Source of the DNA: Candidatus Moraniibacteriota bacterium
Lineage (GTDB): Bacteria > Patescibacteriota > Minisyncoccia > Moranbacterales > GCA-2747515
Assembly: GCA_038208115.1 (NCBI GenBank)
Contig: JBBQZC010000003.1
Location: 2,984-66,983, forward strand
Direction of reading: 5' to 3'
Length of the DNA: 64,000 nt
A program made the translations under genes and the position numbers. Each line of letters opens with the position of its first letter. The stretch's first letter is position 1. Below are positions 11,166-19,281 of the stretch, piece by piece. The notes below the pieces were generated by a model. It searched no databases and had not been told where the DNA came from. It was given only the letters and a program-made list of their open reading frames with translations.

Positions 11166-11305
11166 CGAAGGAATTCTTGGAAATCTATCTCACCCCCTTC
11201 GATAGACACCAATTCTTCATCCTTCTTTCTCTCCTCTTCAATTACATCAGAAGGAGATGCAAAAGGTTCATCTACTGCTGGTAGGTCCCCGTCAAAAACT
11301 GGCAT
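11153..11305 (-). CDS. small acidic hypothetical protein (50 aa); not in the ORF track
   Basis: Hand-translated as MPVFDGDLPAVDEPFASPSDVIEEERKKDEELVSIEGGEIDFQEFLRKEG; lies downstream of repeat copy 3 on the minus strand. Confidence 0.3.
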   Translation of the reverse strand: MPVFDGDLPAVDEPFASPSDVIEEERKKDEELVSIEGGEIDFQEFLRKEG

Positions 11306-11369
11306 ATGTTACCCCATTTGTGAGATTACGCGCGGACACCCTATGCATCACGCGCTATTCCTAAACGTT

Positions 11370-11449
11370 TCATCAGCTTTTTTTACGTGGGCTTACTCCA
11401 CAGTGTACGTCTGTTAAACCTTTCGGAAAGCCAGACGGAGGATTTTTCC
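11370..11449. repeat. copy 3 of repeat family A, followed by a conserved-stem hairpin and a perfect palindrome (to about 11517)
   Basis: Identical to copies 1 and 4. Then CCCTCTAG...CTAGAGAGGG and GGGATTATTTTTCGCTGAAAAAATCCCC. Confidence 0.85.
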
Positions 11450-11661
11450 CTCTAGCATTTCACAAATTGATTATGAAATTCTAGAGAGGGGGATTATTTT
11501 TCGCTGAAAAAATCCCCAACATATCAGCATATGACCGCTCTGCCAGGCGCTTCGGTGCTTCCCCGAAGAATTACATGTCAGTTTATTGCTCATGACGTGG
11601 AGCTGCATATTTTTTTGATTCACCAGGTAAATATGCAAAGACTGGAGTGATCTGTACCGGT

Positions 11662-11949
11662 TCATGCCGGTTTAGGCTTGGTGCCATTTCGGTCTCGACC
11701 AAACTTGGTCAGAAAGGGCTTAAACGTCAAAGCCACATCCTGATTACGCTTGATGACCTCAGCCTCGGAATTTTCTATTCCATAGAACGGAATATATTTC
11801 CCCTCAGCTTTGGCCTGACGAATGAGTTCGCCACGACACCTCAGGCACACTGGAGTGATTACCCACAATCCCTTCTCCTTACGAAGGGCGAGAGAGTGTT
11901 TCACTACCTGGCCATTGCCCTTGTGAACACAACAGTAATCTTTTCCCAT
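11662..11949 (-). CDS. small Cys-rich hypothetical protein (95 aa)
   Basis: CCVH...CLRC pattern; strong SD GGAGGTGACTTATGG, the same SD context as the gene at 13130. Confidence 0.5.
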   Translation of the reverse strand: MGKDYCCVHKGNGQVVKHSLALRKEKGLWVITPVCLRCRGELIRQAKAEGKYIPFYGIENSEAEVIKRNQDVALTFKPFLTKFGRDRNGTKPKPA

Positions 11950-12046
11950 AAGTCACCTCCGTGAATGGGTTTGTGGCTTGGATGGTTGAGTTCGACACGA
12001 TGCCGAATTTACGTCGGTCATCCATGAGTACCCCGACGGAAATGTT

Positions 12047-12126
12047 TCATCAGCTTTTTTTACGTGGGCTTACTCCACAGTGTACGTCTGTTAAACCTTT
12101 CGGAAAGCCAGACGGAGGATTTTTCC
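12047..12126. repeat. copy 4 of repeat family A, followed by a conserved-stem hairpin and a perfect palindrome (to about 12228)
   Basis: Identical 80-mer. Preceded by hairpin CGTCGG...CCGACG; followed by CCCTCTAAAATA...TGTTTTAGAGAGAGG and GGAAATTACTTTCGTTAAAAGTAATTTCC. Confidence 0.85.
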
Positions 12127-12842
12127 CTCTAAAATATTTCTTATTGCATGCAATTTCATTGGTATCTGACATTGCGTTAAAAAATGTTTTAGAGAGAGGA
12201 AATTACTTTCGTTAAAAGTAATTTCCTGTAATCCGTGCACGTGCATTGGGCTGATAGATGCGATCAGTTATCCTTTGCTTAAACAGAGCTCATTTTGAGA
12301 TTGTTTCTACGAGGTGCACCCCGCGATCCTTCCCATTGTGGGATTGCGAGTGGAATCTCGCATTTATCTAAGGCCGGATAAGCCATAGCTATTTAGTACA
12401 GGTTATGACGAGAGCTCTATCATAATTCGTCCTGTACTTTACAACGGAGGGCATCGACAATTTGTCTCCCCCGTTTCCCTTTTTCGACTACACACCCGGC
12501 CAGGACGTGATCGAAGTGAGATTCCACCTCACGATACTAGCATCATAGGGAAATGACACCGCTCTCTCTAATACTTCACAAAAGTTTTTGAACAGTGAGG
12601 CACAAAAAAACTTCGCAAGAATAATTTGTGTCTAATGACTATTTCTAGCCATGTCTCAACTTTTGCGAAGTTTTAGAGAGAGGAAAGCTTATGGGATTGT
12701 TTATAAATTCCCACTTAAACGTTGGCTTTCCGCAACGAGATTTGAATGAACTTCCGCGTGATGATTTTTCCCTATGCAATATTCATCACTGATACCTGTT
12801 GTTTATCGACGGTCAGAGCAGGCTCCGTCTAGGAAAATTCAA

Positions 12843-13130
12843 CTATTTCTTTGGTTTTTTCCGAAATGGTGCGGTGACCATATGGCAAACTGCCCATATG
12901 CACACACCAATTCCGATTAAACCTCCGATACTAGCTGAATTCCGGGTTGTCTCGCCCACAATAATTGATAACAGCGTTGCCACTGTCATCAAAATCATGT
13001 CAAAGACGTGTCCCACGATTTGCCGAAGCAAATCAGGGGCGACCCAGGCCAGCAACATGCTGACTCCGATGGTGGTGGCAATTTTGTTTCGCCATATCCA
13101 CCGTATTACGTTGAGAATATAGCGATCCAT
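12843..13130 (-). CDS. small membrane protein (95 aa, 2-3 TM segments)
   Basis: Hydrophobic ORF with strong SD AAGGAGGTGACTTATG. Confidence 0.5.
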   Translation of the reverse strand: MDRYILNVIRWIWRNKIATTIGVSMLLAWVAPDLLRQIVGHVFDMILMTVATLLSIIVGETTRNSASIGGLIGIGVCIWAVCHMVTAPFRKKPKK

Positions 13131-13159
13131 AAGTCACCTCCTTATTTTGATTTTTGGAT

Positions 13160-13310
13160 AATATTTCCCTCATTGATTCCTAATAAATTATATAAGTGTC
13201 ATCCTAAACTCGTTTCAGGATTTAAATTGCTGATTTTGTTAATTGACAGCAAGATTCTGAACCAATTTCAGAATGCCATGAAATTATTACGAAAAAATGA
13301 GGGAAATATT
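13160..13310. mobile_element. MITE-like element bounded by 14-15 bp perfect terminal inverted repeats
   Basis: AATATTTCCCTCATT at 13160-13174 is the reverse complement of AATGAGGGAAATATT at 13296-13310. Internal hairpins include TTCTGAACCAATTTCAGAA. No ORF. Confidence 0.35.
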
Positions 13311-14087
13311 AAATTGTTAAAGAAAATGAGAGATTACCGTCTGGTTCATAACATTACTTTACTTTTCTGTAATAGCATGTGACCTACTTATTGTGACAAA
13401 ATGGTCAATTATATATTATTAAAAACCTATAGTTCACTTATATTGTCACATCTATTACGACCATCCTGCCGATCAGACACCTCTTTAACTCGTATCATCC
13501 CGCACAGTTCAGCCATATGTCCAAGTAAAATAACTATCTTTATTGTGTTACAGATAGCTGTCTTCTCGACTACTTCACTGTAACAACACAGTATAGCATG
13601 CAGAATTTATTTTGTCAAGCGTTACTGACAATTCTATTGTAATATATTATTATGTAGCTTATTTGAATGCTTTTTTTGTACTATGTGTCGTTATTATCTA
13701 TGGACACTTTGCCATTTTTCTCTTCAAGAGTCACTTTCACATGCAAATTGAAGAAATGTTTGCCATCAATCATATTGTTAGTGAGCAATTAACATTATGT
13801 TTAGACATATTGACAATAATATCGAATCGTGCTATACTAAATTATTAGTCGAGGCGGTACAATGTTTTCCGCTTACGTACTATTGTTAAAATCTATCAGT
13901 AAAACAACCAAATTGGCAACTTCTTTATAAGGTTGTCGGAAAGAGAAACGTCATTCGATTTGAATGATAAAGTATTTTAACCGGCAAACTCAATAAGGAG
14001 ATATGCCATGGGAAATTGATCAGAAAGTACCGACCGAAAGGTGACGACAGCAGTATCGTCGTCACTGAGTAGGAGGATTTCTGAAAA

Positions 14088-14198
14088 ATGACCCAAAAAA
14101 AGGAGGTAATGATGGACGGGGTATAGTTTTTTTTTGAAAATTCAAAATGTAACGTGTGAATTAATTTCACAAAAGGAGGTAATGATGGACGGCGTATG
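14088..14198 (+). other. tandem SD-plus-mini-ORF units, each encoding the peptide MMDGV
   Basis: AGGAGGTAATGATGGACGG(G/C)GTAT(AG/GA) occurs twice, at ATG 14109 and ATG 14181; it is followed by a terminator-like hairpin. Confidence 0.3.
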
Positions 14199-14210
14199 AA
14201 TTAATTAAAA

Positions 14211-14258
14211 ACCCAAACAGTGCTCCCTCGCATATAGCTATGCTTGGGAGTCTTTTTT
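14211..14258 (+). terminator. rho-independent terminator-like hairpin with a T-run
   Basis: CCCAAAC...GCATATAGCTATGC...TTGGGAG followed by TCTTTTTTT. Confidence 0.4.
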
Positions 14259-14987
14259 TATAGCTTGAAATGCAATTTTGAAAATTGATTTTAGTGTTGT
14301 AGCAATGCTTTTGTTTTCAATAATAATCCCAATTTGATCCTCAAATGACGTGAGTCGCACTTTATCATCAAAAAAAGCGACATCCGCCAGAAACGGCCAT
14401 TCTGTTTCATCTACCTTATAAGATTCGGACTTTTCCCTCGTCGGAAGTTGTCCATCTTTATATGTATAGAGCGTTTTTGCACCAATATTTCGTTTTAGCC
14501 TTCTCTTTCTCAACTTCAACATATCATCCTCATTGAGAATATTTTGCAATGAATCCACTGAAAATGCAAGATACATTTCTTTTTCTTCTATCACTTCGTA
14601 CGTATTTGCCATGCGAAGTATACCCTCCTTACCTAAATAATACTTTACGATTGGCTTTTCAACACTCGCCCGATTAATACTATTCAGGTCATTGATAAGT
14701 CCTTGAATGCTTTGCTTTTTTTGTTCTAGTACTTGTTGCTGTTTAGTAATGATGTTTTCCAGCTGTGCAGGATCCTCTGGGACGAACATTTGTTTTTTTT
14801 CTTCATTTGATGCACTGACCAGGCCGATTTTCATCAAGTTTTCTAGTGTAAAATACGTCGTTGCACGATTTACACCAGACTTTTTAGCTATCTCTGCCGC
14901 ACTTCCCTGTCCTAATTCCAATGTCGCAATATAAACTTTTGCCTCTTTTTCATTTAAACCGATTTCTTCCAATTTTGTCGCCAACAT
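14238..14987 (-). CDS. TrmB-family HTH transcriptional regulator
   Basis: N-terminal winged-HTH region like TrmB (EKEAKVYIATLELGQGSAAEIAKKSGVNRATTYFTLENL); start taken at M19 of the ORF. Confidence 0.6.
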   Translation of the reverse strand: MLATKLEEIGLNEKEAKVYIATLELGQGSAAEIAKKSGVNRATTYFTLENLMKIGLVSASNEEKKQMFVPEDPAQLENIITKQQQVLEQKKQSIQGLINDLNSINRASVEKPIVKYYLGKEGILRMANTYEVIEEKEMYLAFSVDSLQNILNEDDMLKLRKRRLKRNIGAKTLYTYKDGQLPTREKSESYKVDETEWPFLADVAFFDDKVRLTSFEDQIGIIIENKSIATTLKSIFKIAFQAIKKDSQA

Positions 14988-15158
14988 AAAAAGGTGTATA
15001 ACAATTATAATATTGTATATAGCATACCACATATACACCAACTGAGAAATATCTCGATTATAAACTACTTTCGTACTAAAATCATCTTATGTAACGTTAT
15101 TTTTTTTATATTGTCGTTAGTAAGTAAATTAAAAAACAGTAGAAAATTTCTACTGTTC

Positions 15159-15884
15159 TTATTTTCGGATATTGACGGTTTTTATGCCTGCTTGTTTAAA
15201 TATTTCTGCATATTCATTCATCTGTATTTGTGAAATAGGTTTTTTCTTTTCAAATGTAGGATCCAATGTGACTCCTGGCCGAAATGTCTGGAGATATAAT
15301 TTATCACTCCCACGTAGTAATGCTGCCATTCCATCTATTATTTCTCTTGAATGTATACCAGCAATCACAGTTGTGCGAAATTCATATGTCACATGTCCCT
15401 CTTTGAGAAATTGTATGCTTTCTATGATATTCTCCGGTTTAGCGAGATCACCTACCAACTCTTTATATCGATCAGGCATTGTCTTGACATCCATTGCGAC
15501 ATAATCCACCAATTTTTCGGTAACTAGTTTTTTTAATATGTGTGGCAAGTTGCCATTTGTGTCGAGTTTGATGAGAAATCCCATATCTCGTACTTTTTGG
15601 ATAAACTGCATTAGATCAGGTTGTACAGTAGGCTCTCCCCCCGATATAACGAGCCCATCGAGCTTCCCAATTCGAGATGCGAGAAAATTTAAAACAGATT
15701 TTTCTGATATGAAGCTAGGAGTAATTTTTTTGATTTCATCTGGCAAAACAAATTCTTTATTGTGACAAAAACGGCAGCGCATATTACACCCAGGTGTAAA
15801 TATGATCGCTGCCACTTTGCCCGGATAATCCAGAAGAGTAAATGGTTGTACACCACTAATCAGCATATTTCTCACTAAATGCAT
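15159..15884 (-). CDS. nrdG: anaerobic ribonucleoside-triphosphate reductase activating protein (radical SAM)
   Basis: CNMRCRFCHN (CxxxCxxC) radical-SAM motif; lies adjacent to nrdD. Confidence 0.85.
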   Translation of the reverse strand: MHLVRNMLISGVQPFTLLDYPGKVAAIIFTPGCNMRCRFCHNKEFVLPDEIKKITPSFISEKSVLNFLASRIGKLDGLVISGGEPTVQPDLMQFIQKVRDMGFLIKLDTNGNLPHILKKLVTEKLVDYVAMDVKTMPDRYKELVGDLAKPENIIESIQFLKEGHVTYEFRTTVIAGIHSREIIDGMAALLRGSDKLYLQTFRPGVTLDPTFEKKKPISQIQMNEYAEIFKQAGIKTVNIRK

Positions 15885-16044
15885 TATTTGCTGCTACACA
15901 TTCTTGAAAATGCTTGCGAGAATAGTGCTCTGATTTTTTCCCCGTATTAAAGAATGATACTGGGCGAAAATACCCCATTACGCGTGTCCACACTTCACAG
16001 CGAGTGCGGTCTCCGTCTGTACATTGCAACTTTTGTGATGCCAT
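15856..16044 (-). CDS. stand-alone glycyl-radical domain of anaerobic RNR (NrdD C-terminal fragment)
   Basis: 62 aa containing the RVMGYF glycyl-radical motif and two Cys. It is in the same frame as nrdD but separated from it by two in-frame TAA stops and a 42-nt AT-rich spacer. Confidence 0.6.
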   Translation of the reverse strand: MASQKLQCTDGDRTRCEVWTRVMGYFRPVSFFNTGKKSEHYSRKHFQECVAANNAFSEKYAD

Positions 16045-16086
16045 ATTTTTATTTTTTATTAATTACTTATTTATTAACTTATTCAC

Positions 16087-18201
16087 TTATTTTTCAGGTA
16101 TTACACTCTCATATCGTCCACGGAACTCGCTGTCAAAATAGCTTTTCTTGATGCCTAAATCTTGATCACACTTTGGACAAAAATCGTATTCTCCTTCGAG
16201 ATAGCCATGCTTTGGGCATATCGAGAATGTCGGAGTAATCGTAATGTATGGGAGTCGATAATTTGTCAAAATCTTTTTAATCAATTGTGCACACACTTCA
16301 CCAGAGCTGATCCTTTCACTCATATATCCATGGAATACCGTACCTCCCGTGTATTTTTTTTGTAATTCGTCTTGGAGATCCAATGCTTCAAAGATATCAT
16401 CAGTGTATCCTACTGGAAGTTGTGAGGAGTTGGTGTAATATGGCGCGTCTTCTGTACCAGCTTGGATAATATCTGCATATTGTTTTTTGTCTTCTTTTGC
16501 AAAACGATATGTAGTTCCCTCTCCCGGTGTTGCCTCCAGATTATAGAGATTGCCCGTTTCCTCCTGAAATTCTGACATTTTCTCGCGAATTCTATCCAGC
16601 GTTTCTTTTGCAAATTCTTGACCAAAGCTAGTCGTGATATTTTCATTGTCTTCTGTGAAATTTCGTATTGCTTCATTCATGCCATTGATGCCGATTGTGG
16701 AGAAATGATTATTGAGTTTTCCGAGATATCTCTTTGTATATGGAAATAATCCCCGATCCATCCATTTTTCGATTACCTCCCTCTTGATTTCGAGCGATGT
16801 CTTTGCTGCTTCCATGAGGTATATTACGCGAGCAATGAATTTTTCCCTTTCTCCAGCGCAGGTTTTACCGATACGCGCCATATTGATTGTTACCACACCA
16901 ATCGATCCCGTCATCTCCGCTGATCCAAATAAACCACCACCTCTCTTACGCAATTCTTTGAGATCTAATTGCAAACGACAACACATTGAGCGCACGTCAC
17001 TCGGATTGAGATCTGAGTTAATGAAATTCTGAAAGTATGGTGTTCCATATTTTGCGGTCATTTCGAACAGTGGCAATACTTTTGGATCATTCCAGTCAAA
17101 ATCCTTTGTAATGTTATATGTCGGGATTGGAAATGTAAATGTACGCCCCTTTGAATCACCTGCCATCATCACGTCGATAAAACACTTATTGATGAGATCC
17201 ATTTCTTTTTGCAATTCACCAAATGTGTGTGTAAATGGCTTGCCTCCTAGAATTAGTGTCTTTTTTTTGAGATCATCCGGACATACCCAGTCAAGTGTGA
17301 TATTGGTAAATGGTGTTTGTGTGCCCCATCTCGATGGAATGTTGAGATTGAATACAAATGATTGGATGTTTTGATATACAAAATTATAGAGCACTTCTAC
17401 ATAGTATTTTTCTTCCTTTTCGTGAGAAGGAAATGTCATACCATGTTTTTTGATCATTTCTCGTAATTCCATCTCCTTTTTCTTCACAAATGGCGCTAAA
17501 TATGTATCAAAGCTCGAGAATGCTTGTGCGCCTGCCCACTCATTTTGTAATGTTCCGAGAAAATTGATCATTTGTGCAACTGCACTAGAGAGATGTTTAG
17601 GCGGTTTTGATTCTACCTTGTTTGAAACGCCGTTAAATCCCTCTTCGAGTAGTGTCCGGAGACTCCATCCTGCACAATATCCAGAGAACATATCGAGATC
17701 ATGTATGTGTATATCAGCATTTCTATGCGCTTCACCGATCGCTTTTGGATAAATATGTGATAGCCAGTAGTTTGCAGTTACTTTTCCTGCTGTATTCAGT
17801 ATCATGCCCCCGAGCGAATATCCCTGATTGGAATTCGCATTTACACGCCAATCTAGCTGATCAAGGTATTCACTCATGGTTTTTTCTACATCCACCATCA
17901 CATTTTTGTCAGATCGTGCTTCTGTCCTCTTCTGTCTATATAAAATATAGTCTTTTGCAATCCGTGGATAGTTGAATTTTATGAGAGCCTCCTCGACCAT
18001 ATCCTGTACCTGTTCTACTGACGGAATTTCTTCTCCATAGTTTTCTGTCAGTCGTTTTTCAGCAAATTGTGCAATTTTATGTGCATTGAATTTTTTTTCT
18101 GGCTCAAAAGCCTGTGCTGCTTTTGTAATTGCCTTTTCGATCTTCAATATGTCAAAATCTACAATAGTACCGTTTCTTTTTTTTATTTTGTGTATTGCCA
18201 T
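16087..18201 (-). CDS. nrdD: anaerobic ribonucleoside-triphosphate reductase (class III) large subunit, lacking its glycyl-radical tail
   Basis: N-terminal ATP-cone, class III RNR core, C-terminal Zn-ribbon-like CPKHGYLEGEYDFCPKC; it ends before the glycine-radical motif. Confidence 0.9.
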   Translation of the reverse strand: MAIHKIKKRNGTIVDFDILKIEKAITKAAQAFEPEKKFNAHKIAQFAEKRLTENYGEEIPSVEQVQDMVEEALIKFNYPRIAKDYILYRQKRTEARSDKNVMVDVEKTMSEYLDQLDWRVNANSNQGYSLGGMILNTAGKVTANYWLSHIYPKAIGEAHRNADIHIHDLDMFSGYCAGWSLRTLLEEGFNGVSNKVESKPPKHLSSAVAQMINFLGTLQNEWAGAQAFSSFDTYLAPFVKKKEMELREMIKKHGMTFPSHEKEEKYYVEVLYNFVYQNIQSFVFNLNIPSRWGTQTPFTNITLDWVCPDDLKKKTLILGGKPFTHTFGELQKEMDLINKCFIDVMMAGDSKGRTFTFPIPTYNITKDFDWNDPKVLPLFEMTAKYGTPYFQNFINSDLNPSDVRSMCCRLQLDLKELRKRGGGLFGSAEMTGSIGVVTINMARIGKTCAGEREKFIARVIYLMEAAKTSLEIKREVIEKWMDRGLFPYTKRYLGKLNNHFSTIGINGMNEAIRNFTEDNENITTSFGQEFAKETLDRIREKMSEFQEETGNLYNLEATPGEGTTYRFAKEDKKQYADIIQAGTEDAPYYTNSSQLPVGYTDDIFEALDLQDELQKKYTGGTVFHGYMSERISSGEVCAQLIKKILTNYRLPYITITPTFSICPKHGYLEGEYDFCPKCDQDLGIKKSYFDSEFRGRYESVIPEK

Positions 18202-18546
18202 ATCATGTCATTTTAGTAAAAGAAAAAAGCAAGAAATTTTTTCCTTACCCCTTCTAAATATGATTATACACTTATTTTTTTTTATTGCAAGGCCTCTTTA
18301 TCCACAGAATTTGAATACATACTATATGTAGTGGTTTTTGTCAGTACCCACCACTAGTAGTTTTTTTCCTTTTTTTCTCACTTTGCTGTTATCGCTTATT
18401 TTTTTGATTGAATTTTCCGTTAGTTTATATCCGTATTAACAGTTCTTTGGTTATATTTATTCTTTTATTTTTTTCGTTTTTATTATTTTTCAATGGTTGT
18501 CGTTGTTATTATTCACGTGTCATTAAATTATGCATCATTAAAGAAA

Positions 18547-19281
18547 TGTTCCACGTGGAACAATCAACTTTTTTTTAATTTTGTGATCTAAAAGTGTATT
18601 TTATCTATTATCATAATGCTCTGTTCCACGTGGAACATTTTTATGCATTAAATCTTCAATTTCTACCATCTATTTTCTCATGTATTAGTCAAAGTATAAT
18701 AAATATGAGGATTTCTGTAAAATTTAATAATATTTTATATTAATTACATTTTTTAGTGGACACCTATGTTCCACGTGGAACACGTGTACTATATAACGCT
18801 GTCATTATTCGCCAATGATAAATATACTATACAAAAATGAGATTTCATTAAACTATGAATCAGAGATTTCGTTCGAAATTGAACGTAATATACATTTTTT
18901 GATCTAATTGTTCCACGTGGAACAATTAGATGTATATACTATACAACAAATGCAATCCGATTATAATATACAATGTTCCACGTGGAACAATTTGGGTAGT
19001 TTTTTACTTGTATCATTGATAAATTTGGTAAAACAACGAAATTCACGAGTAAATATCGCATTAATATCGCGAACTATTCTCAAAGCACTTTAGTATATAG
19101 TAACCTCGTAATGAAGAAATGCATATCAATAATGTTCCACGTGGAACATTATCCCATTGTATTATCAAAAAGCCTCTATAATATAACAGTTTTAACTAAA
19201 TCTTGCGCAAGTAATAAATTCTCAAAGATGAACAAAGCAAAGATGTCTGTGAGTGCCAATTATATTGTTCCACGTGGAACA
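18547..19281. promoter_or_regulatory. cluster of 7 perfect parS-like palindromes (TGTTCCACGTGGAACA)
   Basis: Sites at 18547-18562, 18622-18637, 18767-18782, 18909-18924, 18974-18989, 19133-19148 and 19266-19281. They match the parS consensus tGTTNCACGTGAAACa. Confidence 0.8.

Noticed and set aside
9600-12200. Diversity-generating retroelement (TR/VR pairs) or retron
   Set aside because: Three copies are identical rather than differing at adenines; there is no reverse-transcriptase ORF and no C-terminal target-gene embedding.
9603-12215. Plus-strand ORFs sharing the peptide FHQLFLRGLTPQCTSVKPFGKPDGGFF (9603-9845, 11961-12215, tail of 11163-11417)
   Set aside because: The shared peptide is just the translation of the 80-bp repeat; these ORFs span repeat plus hairpins, have no SD and run opposite to all real genes in the island.
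9662-12228. CRISPR array interpretation of the repeats, prompted by the GTTTTAGAGAGAGG-like ends
   Set aside because: Repeats are about 80 nt, irregularly spaced (290-1400 bp) and separated by SD-bearing protein genes rather than short spacers; there is no cas gene in the window.
9290-12800. Classical integron with IntI
   Set aside because: No integron integrase or attI is in the window (the only tyrosine recombinase, at 39112-40056, is Xer-like and 27 kb away). The repeats do not show canonical R''/L''...L'/R' spacing. Retained only as an attC-like or CALIN hypothesis in the findings.
13380-14100. Several 60-124 aa ORFs in the AT-rich stretch 13008-14170
   Set aside because: They are low-complexity with AT-biased codons and have no SD, unlike the island genes; likely noncoding.
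16044-16089. Stop-codon readthrough or alternative genetic code joining nrdD to its glycyl-radical ORF
   Set aside because: The two ORFs are in frame but separated by two TAA codons, and TAA is used as the stop throughout the window, so simple recoding is unlikely.
18761-18790. NrdR box or other redox-regulator operator upstream of nrdD as the explanation for the palindromes
   Set aside because: NrdR boxes are AT-rich (acaCwAtATaTwGtgt) and occur in pairs near the promoter. Seven copies of a GC-cored CACGTG palindrome spread over 750 bp fit parS far better.
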